Part shown: positions 1 to 9,651 of the stretch, piece by piece
Layout of the letters: each line of letters begins with the position of its first letter
Numbering within the stretch: position 1 is the first letter of the stretch
Source of the DNA: a bacterium
Lineage (GTDB): Bacteria; Bacteroidota; Ignavibacteria; Kapaibacteriales; UBA2268
Length of the DNA stretch: 64,000 nucleotides
Direction of reading: 5' to 3'
Assembly: GCA_043804925.1 (NCBI GenBank)
Contig: JAZDIP010000047.1
Span: 14,987 to 78,986, forward strand
The notes under the pieces: model-generated
What the model was told of the DNA's origin: nothing
What the model saw: only the letters and a program-made list of their open reading frames with translations
Database searches by the model: none
Made by a program: the position numbers and the translations under genes

Positions 1-96
1 AATCTGTTGGTGTCCTGTAACAACCAAATCTCTGCTTGGCTTGGATACCAAGTAACTGATAACACTCGTTTCAATATATACTTTTTGCTTTTTCAT
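1..96 (-). CDS. N-terminal fragment of a gene running off the window start (MKKQKVYIETSVISYLVSKPSRDLVV...), possibly PIN-like
   Basis: Reverse-strand ATG at 94-96 with an open frame to position 1. The ETSVI motif resembles the first acidic strand of PIN domains. It is too short for a firm call. Confidence 0.25.
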   Translation of the reverse strand, partial: MKKQKVYIETSVISYLVSKPSRDLVVTGHQQI

Positions 97-536
97 TTTA
101 ATAAAAGACAACACTTACAATTTATTTTTCAAAATTATTATCTTAATTTATATGCTCTCCTATAAATTTTGTTTCATTAAATAATTTCAAATCTATTCAA
201 TATCTTATCGCATTCGCTGCTCTTAACACATTAATACTATCTTCATCTATGGAAACTTTTCCTGCAAGATTAAAGAAATCGGAATATTTTTTCTACTTTT
301 CTGATTCACTTTGCTCTTCACTAATTGTTATAATAACATTCTTACCTATAAACGGTTTTAATTCGTTAATTTCTATTCTCTTGGACCTTATTTGTCTTCT
401 TTAGGATACTGATAACATAGTTTTACCTCAATAAATTATATTAATTATTTTTAATTGCTTAAAAAATTTAAAGTTAAATAATTTCTAAATTAATCAATAT
501 TTCAATCATTTACAAAGTAAATCAATAGAAATTATT

Positions 537-2540
537 TCAATCCTCAAACCTGATATTATTGAAATTTCTTATTGATTCATTTACAAAACGGTTTGCAGGG
601 TCAATCTGGTATGCTTTTTCAAATGCAATTTTTGCTTCTACCTTTTCACCTTGCATTAAAGAGTACCTTCCGAGATTAACCAAACTGATAGCCGCCATTG
701 TTTTTATACCATCAACAAGATGACCTTCGTTTGTTTTAATTGATTCCACAAATTTATCAATGTTGATATCACTTGCCTTGACCTTTTTAGGTTCTTTATC
801 CCGGGAAAGTTTGAATGCAAAGCCACTTGCTACCTTTTCGTACCCTTGAAATGCATCAGGTACGGTTTCCAGTACATCGAGAGTTATATATATGGGATGT
901 TTTTCATAATTATTATCCACGAAACAATTCAATAAATTTATAAATTTTGACTGAATACTTGCGGGATTGTAATACTCCCCGGATTCGAATAATTCGAGGT
1001 CAATCATATAATCATTAATTTCTTTTTGGCAGACATTAATTTGTTTGGGATACCATCTTTTTAACTGTTCAATATACCATGTCCTACGCAACAATTCCTT
1101 ATCTATGATTATAACATCTTTACGAAAGCCGTCAACCCTTTGCTTGTACCATGAAGCTGAAAGCCAATAGTCCCATTGAGTTGATAAAATAATAGCATTC
1201 GGTTCAAGTTTGCCGAATACCATTTTTGTATATTCCGGAACTATGACGTCATCTGAACGGTCGTTGTATGAATAGTTTAAAGTCAAGGCGAACAGAGGAA
1301 GAACAAAGAAGGAATAAACAAATTGTGGAAATTGCTTTGCGAGATACAAAAGACCAATTGAGATAAAAATCAATATACCCACAAAAGCTGTAACAAAATA
1401 TGAATCTATATCATGAATTTGATAATTTATTGCATAAGAAATACAAGTCAAGATTAAAATCAATATTCCGTAAAACAAAAATTTAGATTTTCGGAATGCG
1501 GTATAAAGTCCATAAAAGAGAGGTAAAATACCAATCCATGCAATTTCATTTGGAATCATTTCAAAGAATTTAATTAAATTGTCTTTCCAAACTGTTGAAT
1601 CGGAAAACATCCAAACCTGATATTGCTTACCCGAAAAATGATACCAGAATTTATCAAATCCCCGTGAAACCCAGCCCCAGTTGAACTCGGGAAAACCCGA
1701 AGCCCTGATAGGAAGATATAAATACAAACTCAATCCCAATAAAAATGGAATAATCAGTATGAACAGAAGTTTTATATTACTGCCAAAATCCTGTCTGCTG
1801 TCTGATGTCTGCTGTCTACTGCCATCCTGAACTTGCCGTAGGATGTTTGATTGCCAAAAATATAACACAATAATCATTGGAACCAGTAAAACCGTTGTCA
1901 TGTGATTTGCAAAACTCAAACCGAGTAATAAAGTAGCGAACAGCAGATATCCCTTTCTGTTCTCATCTGATAAAATTCCTTTGAAGAAAAAGAAAAGTAC
2001 CAGATTCATCATCAACAAATGAAGTGAATATACTTCAATTGCAACTGCCTGTGCCCAGATAGTTCGGGCAAAAGCGTAAAGAAAAGCAACAATAATAGAG
2101 ATATTCTGTAAAACACTCTCATTTAAAATTTTTGTTTCTTTTTTTGCTTCAATACTTTTTGTGTCTTTTAATTCTTTTGTTTTTTTGTGCTTTTGTGCCA
2201 TAATTCTATTTTGCTTTTTCCTGTCAGGAATATTATTTATATATTTCAACAGAAATAAAACCGTATTGAAGAACACTACTACTGATATCGCAGTTAGAAA
2301 ACCTGCGAAAATATTTAATGAATAAATATTTGTACTAAAAAACGGCAGGTATGTCCAAAGATGTCCGAGTAAAATGAACAAAGGATATCCCGTAGGATGT
2401 GCAATTCCCAAAGTCGTGCAAACAGCCGCCAACTCACCGCTGTCTGTGAAAGTTAAATCTGGTGCTGTCGTTATGATATAAATGATAAACGAAAACAAAA
2501 ATGCTACGAATGGATATAACAATCTCTTATAGTTTTTCAT
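537..2540 (-). CDS. DUF2723-family polytopic membrane protein (glycosyltransferase family 39-like) with C-terminal TPR
   Basis: 667 aa ORF. The N-terminal TAPDLTFTDSGELAAVCTTLGIAHPTGYPLF signature matches DUF2723/PMT-like proteins. There are many TM helices and a C-terminal TPR-like tail. Confidence 0.7.
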   Translation of the reverse strand: MKNYKRLLYPFVAFLFSFIIYIITTAPDLTFTDSGELAAVCTTLGIAHPTGYPLFILLGHLWTYLPFFSTNIYSLNIFAGFLTAISVVVFFNTVLFLLKYINNIPDRKKQNRIMAQKHKKTKELKDTKSIEAKKETKILNESVLQNISIIVAFLYAFARTIWAQAVAIEVYSLHLLMMNLVLFFFFKGILSDENRKGYLLFATLLLGLSFANHMTTVLLVPMIIVLYFWQSNILRQVQDGSRQQTSDSRQDFGSNIKLLFILIIPFLLGLSLYLYLPIRASGFPEFNWGWVSRGFDKFWYHFSGKQYQVWMFSDSTVWKDNLIKFFEMIPNEIAWIGILPLFYGLYTAFRKSKFLFYGILILILTCISYAINYQIHDIDSYFVTAFVGILIFISIGLLYLAKQFPQFVYSFFVLPLFALTLNYSYNDRSDDVIVPEYTKMVFGKLEPNAIILSTQWDYWLSASWYKQRVDGFRKDVIIIDKELLRRTWYIEQLKRWYPKQINVCQKEINDYMIDLELFESGEYYNPASIQSKFINLLNCFVDNNYEKHPIYITLDVLETVPDAFQGYEKVASGFAFKLSRDKEPKKVKASDINIDKFVESIKTNEGHLVDGIKTMAAISLVNLGRYSLMQGEKVEAKIAFEKAYQIDPANRFVNESIRNFNNIRFED
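1791..1823. repeat. heptanucleotide tandem-repeat tract (ctgtctg-like units), in-frame inside the DUF2723 CDS
   Basis: ctgtctg ctgtctg atgtctg ctgtcta ctgcc shows period-7 degenerate units. It encodes the low-complexity loop ...SRQQTSDSRQD... Confidence 0.6.
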
Positions 2541-2646
2541 ATTTCACCTATTTTTTTCCGATAAAATTATTAATATGTATTATTAAAATGAAAAAATCAA
2601 AATATAAATTTAATATTTTTATCGTGAATGCAAAAAGAAATTTATA

Positions 2647-3189
2647 TTATTCTCCTGCAAGCCGGATTAAAAGTTCATCGGCTAGATTATATAAATACTC
2701 ATCATTTTGGATTTTTTCGATTATGTTATATTTGAATCTGTCATTTTGGTTTTCGGAAAATTCTTTATTGCTCTTCATGATTTTAATCAATTCGTTAAAG
2801 AGTTTCATTAAATTCTGTATGTTTTTTAACATCTGCTCGAAACTGAGTTTGTCAAATTGTTCTTCACTAATCATGAATTTCCGGTTAATGAGCTTCAAGG
2901 TTTTTTTAACCGATGAATAAAGATATTCGATGTCATTATTCGAAAAATCAGGTTGATAGTTTTGTTTGTAATTGCTTGTTTTAGATTGTGTTTTGTTGTT
3001 GTCCGAATCATATTTTTTTGCTCTTGTATCCCAATCCCATTTTTTTGACAGGTTTTTCAAAGATTTAACAGGAATACCGGATTCCCCGCTTAGTTTTTCA
3101 AGACTTCTTCGTTCGCCAAGTTGCAAATACTTTTTAAAAATATCAAATGATTTATTAGTTTCTCTTGTTTTTCTATCTATCATTTTCAT
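2647..3189 (-). CDS. hypothetical protein with N-terminal HTH-like segment
   Basis: The ORF is trimmed to the ATG at 3189, which is preceded by an AGGAG Shine-Dalgarno. The segment GERRSLEKLSGESGIPVKSLKNLSKKW looks like a helix-turn-helix. The protein is lysine-rich. Confidence 0.45.
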   Translation of the reverse strand: MKMIDRKTRETNKSFDIFKKYLQLGERRSLEKLSGESGIPVKSLKNLSKKWDWDTRAKKYDSDNNKTQSKTSNYKQNYQPDFSNNDIEYLYSSVKKTLKLINRKFMISEEQFDKLSFEQMLKNIQNLMKLFNELIKIMKSNKEFSENQNDRFKYNIIEKIQNDEYLYNLADELLIRLAGE

Positions 3190-3424
3190 AAAATTTCTCC
3201 TGAATATTTTTATGAAAAATAAGACATCAAATTGAAACCTAATAAAAATTATTTTAAATGGAAATTTTAATAATTGAGGATAATTGGCAATGGATAATAG
3301 ATAATTTTGAAGAAATCCGTTTTTGGGAAAACTTGTTTTTTTTTGCAATTTTTATAAAATCATATGCTTTTAATCTTCAAATGACTTATTTTTGGATTGT
3401 ATAGATTGATAATATACAAAAAAT

Positions 3425-3744
3425 ATGCCCGATAAATTAAAAGAATGCACAGGGATTGAATGGGATAAGTTCAACCTGAAGAAAAATTTGGAAAAGCACA
3501 ATGTGAAATTCACAGAATGCGAAGAATTATTTTTTTAATGAGCCGTTAATTATCAGTTTGGATGAAAAACACTCAGATGGAGGAAGAAAGATACTTTGCA
3601 CTCGGCAAAACTAACAATAACAGATTACTGTTTACAGTATTTACTGTCAGGGAAAACAAAATATGTGTAATTTCTTCCAGGGATATGAATAAGAACGAAA
3701 GGAAAATAAATAATGAAAAAGCTAAAGAAAATACTGAAGTTTAA
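3425..3744 (+). pseudogene. brnT: BrnT-family (DUF497) toxin gene disrupted by two +1 frameshifts
   Basis: Three consecutive frame pieces carry the BrnT signature: IEWDKFNLKKNLEKHNVKFTECEELFF / NEPLIISLDEKHSD / EEERYFALGKTNNNRLLFTVFTVRENKICVISSRDMNKNERK. Removing one T from the T7 run at 3530-3536 and one G in gatggagg at ~3577 restores a ~100 aa ORF. Confidence 0.6.
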
Positions 3745-3985
3745 ATCCGAAGCCGATGAATCAGAATTTTGGAGCAAAAATGATTCATCAGAATATGTTG
3801 ATTGGGGCAAAGCAAAAAAAATTGTTATGCCGGCACTAAAACCGACTACAAGAAGCATCTCGATAAGGCTTCCTGAAATCATGCTGAACAGTTTAAAATC
3901 CATTGCAAATAAAATGGATATTCCATATCAGTCATTAATCAAAATGTTTTTGCAGGAAAAAATCAGCAAAGAATTTAAAAGTTAA
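3713..3985 (+). CDS. brnA: BrnA-family antitoxin (ribbon-helix-helix)
   Basis: 90 aa. The KPTTRSISIRLPEIMLNSLKSIANKMDIPYQSLIKMFLQEK motif is typical of BrnA/CopG-like antitoxins. The gene overlaps the 3' end of brnT, as in brnTA operons. Confidence 0.65.
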   Translation: MKKLKKILKFKSEADESEFWSKNDSSEYVDWGKAKKIVMPALKPTTRSISIRLPEIMLNSLKSIANKMDIPYQSLIKMFLQEKISKEFKS

Positions 3986-4153
3986 AAATTGCAGAAAAAT
4001 CCATTGGTTGTATCAGAAGTTTTATTTTAATTGATAGGTTTTTGCTAATTTACTTCTCACTATATTTGTAATGAATTCATAAGCCTACTGAAACATTATA
4101 GAATGTTTTACGTTTATTCGTATATTGCATTATAATATTTGAGGATAACAAAA

Positions 4154-4873
4154 ATGAAAACTTTTTTAATTGCTTGTTTTACTGTTTCGATGATTTTAAC
4201 ATCTTGCTTCTTTTCAAGTATCATCTGCGAAAAAGGTTCGGGAAAGGTCATTAAACAAGAGATTTTTAAATCAGGATTTACAAGTTTAAATTTAATGAAC
4301 TCTGCAAATCTTTTAGTTACTCAAGGTAACGCAGAAAAAATAATAATTGAAACTGACGAAAATATTTTAAATTTTTTAGAAACTGAAATCAACAATGGGG
4401 AACTCATATTGAGTAATAAATTGTCAATTTGTCCGAGCAAGCTCAATTATTATATTACAATGAAAGACATTAAGGGATTTAAAATCTTAGGAGCAGGCAA
4501 TATAATTTCAAAAACACCTATTAAATCAGATGATTTATCACTTAACATACAAGGCTCCGGAGATATTAAATTTGATTCAGTTGATTTGATAAAATTACAT
4601 GTGAAGATTTTGGGTTCCGGCGATGTGAAAATTAAAGGTAGCACAGAAAAATTTGTTTCTGAAATTAACGGTTCCGGAGATATTTATGCTAACGGTCTTA
4701 CTTGTGATTATGCAAGAATCGAGACAAATGGTAGCGGTGATGTCAGAGTGATGGTTAACAAAGAGTTAATTGCCAATATTAATGGCAGCAGCGATATCTT
4801 ATACAAAGGGAATCCTGAAAATGTAAAAGTAAAGATTAATGGTTCGGGAAATGTCAGGGAGATTGAAAAATAA
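4154..4873 (+). CDS. DUF2807 (GIN-domain, putative auto-transporter adhesin head) lipoprotein
   Basis: ATG at 4154 preceded by GAGGA. Lipobox ILTSC. Repeated GSGDI/GSGDV motifs every ~20 aa are characteristic of the GIN domain. Confidence 0.65.
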   Translation: MKTFLIACFTVSMILTSCFFSSIICEKGSGKVIKQEIFKSGFTSLNLMNSANLLVTQGNAEKIIIETDENILNFLETEINNGELILSNKLSICPSKLNYYITMKDIKGFKILGAGNIISKTPIKSDDLSLNIQGSGDIKFDSVDLIKLHVKILGSGDVKIKGSTEKFVSEINGSGDIYANGLTCDYARIETNGSGDVRVMVNKELIANINGSSDILYKGNPENVKVKINGSGNVREIEK

Positions 4874-4910
4874 TTGGAGTATTGATAAAACAGGTTTTAG
4901 AACGAATAAA

Positions 4911-5417
4911 ATGATTTATGGATTATTTCATATAAACAATTTTAAAAAGTCTTTAATTTTATTATTGGTATTCATTATTATCGATATACCTTTGACTTAT
5001 TTAAGTTCTCAAAATCGGAAAGCCGGACAACCTTATATTGGGGAGTGGGAATCGACTTTTGAATTATTAAGTATTGGCATCTTTTTATTAACATTTATAT
5101 TATTTACAATTGTGAATTATCCGGGTAAAATGAGTCTAAAACTACTAACAGCTTATGTTTTCGGGATAATATTTCTTATTCCCTTGGGTGGATTTCTAAT
5201 AATGTTCTTCCATTTAGAATCAATTTTTGAGATACTGGTCATAGGATTATTTTTGCTATTAGTTATTTCGTCATTTGTTATTTCCGGTTTTCCTGAAGAA
5301 AGAAAACAAAAATATAAACTAATAATTGCTATTGGAGTCGGCTCGCTTTGGACATTCGGTTCTTGGGTAATAATTTATTTTTTAAATTGGCAAATTTTAT
5401 ATTATTTGTTTGATTAA
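4911..5417 (+). CDS. hypothetical integral membrane protein
   Basis: ORF with about 5 predicted TM helices and no recognisable motif. The start was chosen at the internal Met. Confidence 0.35.
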   Translation: MIYGLFHINNFKKSLILLLVFIIIDIPLTYLSSQNRKAGQPYIGEWESTFELLSIGIFLLTFILFTIVNYPGKMSLKLLTAYVFGIIFLIPLGGFLIMFFHLESIFEILVIGLFLLLVISSFVISGFPEERKQKYKLIIAIGVGSLWTFGSWVIIYFLNWQILYYLFD

Positions 5418-5617
5418 AAATTTTATGACTTAATAATAAAATTATAGAAGTATTTATGATAAGAAGTAATCAATCTGAAATTAAATCTATCACCGATTTG
5501 AAATATTTTTAGGTTGTCAACATAGGACATAATGAAACACCGATTACTGCTATTGTTCCGGTTTGGGTTCCACCATATTGAAAGACTTAAACCCAGATTT
5601 ATTAACCATAACTCATA

Positions 5618-6277
5618 TCAAAATTTCCCCGTTTTTCCAAAAATTACAGTAATTCCAAATCCTGTATTACTATCAATATTATTAAGCGAAAAAAATCCGC
5701 TGAATCCAAATCCTATCCAATTGGTAGGGCAATATAATAATTTTATTGAAAAAGGAACACTGAAATCATTTATTACGGTTGTTTTGCTGATATATTTGTG
5801 TGAATTATTATTGATGTAAGAAACTCTTTTCCTTGAGAAATAACCAATACCTGCTTCTAAAGAAAACTTTAGTTTTTCTTCTCCTAAGATTAAACCTAAC
5901 AGAGCTGAATATTCCGACGTATATAAATTATCATAACTGAAATTCAAACTCTTGTTCGAATTATCCTGAGTCTTATCGTAATAGTTAATTGAAAGCAAAA
6001 TCTTTTCGAAATTATAAGTTAAAAAATAGCAATACGACATTTCAGAGTTTGTAAATGGCAGCAACGATGCACCTATCCAATAGTTTCCTTCGGTTTCGTT
6101 AATATTTTCTTTCGATTTTAAAGGAACCAAAATAATAATAAAAAATAATAAAAACAGAAAACCTGATGATTTTATTCTTTTAAAAATTTTCTTATGTTCA
6201 TAATTGCTCTTTATTATTTTTGTTATTATCAAATTTGTCGAAAAATTAAAATAATTAAAAGAATCCGAATATTTCAT
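5618..6277 (-). CDS. hypothetical outer-membrane beta-barrel-like protein
   Basis: Signal peptide, alternating hydrophobic beta-strand pattern and a C-terminal aromatic residue (..GKTGKF), as in OMP beta-barrels. Confidence 0.4.
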   Translation of the reverse strand: MKYSDSFNYFNFSTNLIITKIIKSNYEHKKIFKRIKSSGFLFLLFFIIILVPLKSKENINETEGNYWIGASLLPFTNSEMSYCYFLTYNFEKILLSINYYDKTQDNSNKSLNFSYDNLYTSEYSALLGLILGEEKLKFSLEAGIGYFSRKRVSYINNNSHKYISKTTVINDFSVPFSIKLLYCPTNWIGFGFSGFFSLNNIDSNTGFGITVIFGKTGKF

Positions 6278-6477
6278 ATCTGAATGTAAAATTACTGATA
6301 AAAGTAAAAGTAAAAATTAACAAATTTCATTGTGCAACAGTTTTTTCCGTTCTGTCAGTTGTTAAAACTGACAGCAAAACTCCTTTGTACCAGAGAGCTA
6401 TCCACGACTTTTACTAGCCACGACTTTCAAGTCGTGGAATAAGGAACACCCCACCACTGGACTTCAGTCCAACAAAA

Positions 6478-6780
6478 CATCAGCGAAATCCAATAATCAG
6501 TGAAAATCTGCGATTCTGACAAATTATCCCAGCGGGATTTTATATCAGTAACCATGAAATATATAAAGCAGTTCTTATCCCGAAGGAATTATATATTAAA
6601 AAAAATACTCAATAAATATGTAATCCCTGACGGGATAAAAATCATTTGGCTTTCCGATTGTTACTGATATTTAATCCCTCTGGGATTAAGAAAAAAATCA
6701 GCGAAATCATTTTAATCAGATTCAATCAGTGGTTCTGACAACGGATAACTGATAACGGATTTAAAATAAAATCAAAATAA
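6478..6780. repeat. repeat-rich noncoding region with partially duplicated modules and atccc-N3/4-gggat mini-hairpins
   Basis: atcagcgaaatc...aatcag...ttctgacaa occurs twice (~6478-6540 and ~6694-6745). Three mini-hairpins are present: atcccagcgggat, atccctgacgggat, atccctctgggat. Heptamer-like ggataac units lie at 6735-6762. Confidence 0.5.
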
Positions 6781-7262
6781 AATAAATTACATTTCGCATC
6801 AATCTTGTAATTTCGTCCAGCTTGTTCTTTGTCAATTAATCTCGGTGCTAAATTGAATCACAGTCAATAAAACGTTTCGCGTTTCACGTTTTCGCCTTTA
6901 TACTATTTCACGAAAATTCAGAGTTCAGACTTTGGACTTCGGACTTCTGATTTATGTTTTTTACTTTTTTAAAAACTACGCAAAATGCGACAAATTCAAT
7001 TTTTACCGAACCAACTACTTGAAAACAGTTGATTTAACACAACTCATTTTTGTCCAGAGCATCACTGGAAGAACCGACACCGGCGACAAAACAAAAAACT
7101 CAAAATTACGGTGAAATTGGTGAAATATTCATTTTTCATCTTTATAACCCTTAGAAAAATCCATACATTACATAATCGCTATTTTGCACCGACCCTTTTT
7201 TGTTTAACCGGATTTTGCTATTTTACAATATTCGTATTGGGCAATTAGTAATTTGTTGAATT

Positions 7263-9416
7263 GTGAAAAAAATTTTAGCATTAGTGGAGCATAAAATGAT
7301 AAAAACTATTATCATACTATTTCATATAATAATTTTACAAAATGAAATATTTTGCCAAACTGTAAACTGGGAGAATTACCTGTCAAATGATGTTTATACG
7401 ATAATCGGGAAGGATGAAAATATTTGGGCAGGCGGTACCGGATTATTACAATTAAATAAAGATAATTACGAAAAGGTTTTTTATACAAAGGCGAATTCTC
7501 CTTTGCCAAGCAATTACGTCAGGGCTTTAAAATTTGATAATCAAAATAACTTATGGATATGCACTAAGGGTGGCGTTGCAAAATTTGACGGCTCGGAGTG
7601 GTCGGTTTTCACAACAAGAAATTCAAATTTACCTGACGACTTTGTCAAAGCAATCGAAATAGATTCTCAAAATAATATCTGGTTCGGCACATATTATGGC
7701 GGTCTGGTTAAATTTGACGGCACTCATTTTACAGTTTCTAATATGAATAATTCGGAAATACCGTCCAATAATATTCATTACCTGAAATTTCATAATGGCT
7801 GTCTTTGGGTATGTACATGGGATGGCGGATTAGCAGTCTATAAAGACAGTACATGGAACTTGCTCAATTCAAATAACTCGGAATTACCCGATGACGATGT
7901 GAACTTTATTGCATTCGATAAAGACGATAGAATGTGGATTGCAACTGATATGGGTGTATCCTTATTCGATGGTGAACTCTGGACACATCTAAACACCGGA
8001 AATTCTTTGCTCCCAAGTAACAGGATTTCATCTATTGTATTTGATAACGACGATGTTTGGTTCTCAACTTTTGATGCCGGTGTTGCCCGGTTAAGTAATA
8101 ATGAGTGGGCAATCTTCAATCAGGGTAATTCCTCAATTCCCGACAATTATGTCAACACTTTTTTGAGGGACGAAGACGGTTGCCTTTGGCTTGGTTCAGA
8201 TAATAACGGATTAGCGAAGTATGTTCAAAATTCATGGTCTTATATCAATCCTTCCAATTCAGGTCTTGTTAATAATGTCATAACATCAATTGTTACTGAC
8301 AGCAATGGAATAAAATGGCTTGGTACATACGATAAGGGATTAATGTCATGGAACGGAAATGACTGGATTTTGTACGATAAACAAAATTCTCTTTTGCCGG
8401 ATAATTCAATCACGTCACTATTATGTACTCCGGACAACAAATTATGGATAGGAACAAAATCCGGTCTTGCTACACTGAATAACGATATCTGGGAGGTTTT
8501 CACACCATCAAATTCCGAACTTCCCCATAATTACATAAATGATATATGCGTTGGTGAAAACGGAGTTTGGTTCGCCACATGGAAGGGCATTGCTTTCTAT
8601 GACAATCATCAATGGATTATATTCAATAAATCCAATTCCGGTGCAGATATAGATGTTGTGTCTCAAATCCTTTACGACGCTTCCGGGACACTGTGGTGCG
8701 GTACTTTAGGTTATGGTTTATACAAATATTCTTTATCTGAATGGACTAATTTTAACCTTTCCAACTCTCTTTTACCCGATAACAACATCATGGAAATAGC
8801 TTCCGACAAGACCGGCAGAATATGGATTGGTACGGACTTGCATGGTATTGCTTTTTATAATGGAACGGCATGGGAAGTTTTTGATAAATCTTTTACGGGT
8901 TTGCCCGGTAATCACATCAAATCAATAGATTTCGATTCCGGAAATAAAGCATGGATCGCTACATACTTTGGCATGGCTTCTTTTGATATGAATGATTGGG
9001 ATACATACAAACAAGATAATTCCGGTTTATCTGATGACAGAATAAACCAAATTTTTATTGATAAGAATGACAACAAATGGATATGTACAACCGGCGGATT
9101 ATCTGTATTCAACGAGACAGGTATTGTTTCCGTACCTGATGAATTTAGTATGGGAGAAGTCATTAATTGTTCTTTTTACCCAAATCCATTTAATAACAGT
9201 TCCTTGCTTCGGATTAAATTACCCGATGATGTTTACCTTAAAATTAATATCTACAACTATTTGGGTGAACAAATCTTGAATATAGCTGACGGATATGTTG
9301 AAGCAGGTGATTACGAATATAATTTGGATTTCAATTCTCAAGCTTCAGGTATATACTTTTCAACAATAAGCTATGGATTAAATACACATATCCTGAAACT
9401 TATACACATGAAATGA
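7263..9416 (+). CDS. secreted two-component-regulator-propeller (Reg_prop) repeat protein with T9SS C-terminal sorting domain
   Basis: 717 aa with repeated ~45 aa W..GT..G units of the Reg_prop/Y_Y_Y beta-propeller type. The C-terminal FYPNPFNNSSLLRIKLPDD...IYNYLGEQI segment is a Por_Secre_tail (T9SS type A). Confidence 0.75.
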   Translation: MKKILALVEHKMIKTIIILFHIIILQNEIFCQTVNWENYLSNDVYTIIGKDENIWAGGTGLLQLNKDNYEKVFYTKANSPLPSNYVRALKFDNQNNLWICTKGGVAKFDGSEWSVFTTRNSNLPDDFVKAIEIDSQNNIWFGTYYGGLVKFDGTHFTVSNMNNSEIPSNNIHYLKFHNGCLWVCTWDGGLAVYKDSTWNLLNSNNSELPDDDVNFIAFDKDDRMWIATDMGVSLFDGELWTHLNTGNSLLPSNRISSIVFDNDDVWFSTFDAGVARLSNNEWAIFNQGNSSIPDNYVNTFLRDEDGCLWLGSDNNGLAKYVQNSWSYINPSNSGLVNNVITSIVTDSNGIKWLGTYDKGLMSWNGNDWILYDKQNSLLPDNSITSLLCTPDNKLWIGTKSGLATLNNDIWEVFTPSNSELPHNYINDICVGENGVWFATWKGIAFYDNHQWIIFNKSNSGADIDVVSQILYDASGTLWCGTLGYGLYKYSLSEWTNFNLSNSLLPDNNIMEIASDKTGRIWIGTDLHGIAFYNGTAWEVFDKSFTGLPGNHIKSIDFDSGNKAWIATYFGMASFDMNDWDTYKQDNSGLSDDRINQIFIDKNDNKWICTTGGLSVFNETGIVSVPDEFSMGEVINCSFYPNPFNNSSLLRIKLPDDVYLKINIYNYLGEQILNIADGYVEAGDYEYNLDFNSQASGIYFSTISYGLNTHILKLIHMK

Positions 9417-9448
9417 AAAAAACACATAATCAATTTGGGATTGAAGAA

Positions 9449-9642
9449 TTTTCAATTTTTCAATTTTCAATCAATTTTTTCAATTATCAATTGGCAATTA
9501 TCAATTCTTTCCGTCCTTCGGTCCTTTCGCCTTCAGACTTTCCGTCCTTCAGACTTTCCGTCCTTCGGTCTTTCCGTCCTTCGGTCTTTCCGTGTTTCCG
9601 TCCTTCAGACTTCAGTCTTCTGACTTCAGACTTCTATTCTTC
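9449..9642. repeat. mosaic heptanucleotide tandem-repeat tract (ttcaatt / tccgtcc / gacttca unit blocks)
   Basis: About 27 consecutive period-7 units lie in the convergent intergenic space between 7263..9416 and 9652..11472. Spurious ORFs 9413..9646 and 9435..9623 are artefacts of this tract. Confidence 0.7.
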
Positions 9643-9651
9643 GTAAGACTC

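Noticed and set aside
2501-3235. Plus-strand ORFs 2501..2920 and 2972..3235
   Set aside because: They lie entirely antisense to the better-supported minus-strand genes (DUF2723 tail and the 2647..3189 gene) and have poly-F/L/I composition typical of AT-rich antisense frames.
6932-7114. 60-aa ORF in the 6300-7262 intergenic region
   Set aside because: No RBS, starts inside a heptamer block, no motif. Most likely spurious.
9413-9646. ORF-track proteins 9413..9646 and 9435..9623 (SFRPSVLSPSDFPSFRLSVL...)
   Set aside because: Translations of the heptamer tract with pure low-complexity sequence. Both overlap each other in different frames. Artefacts.
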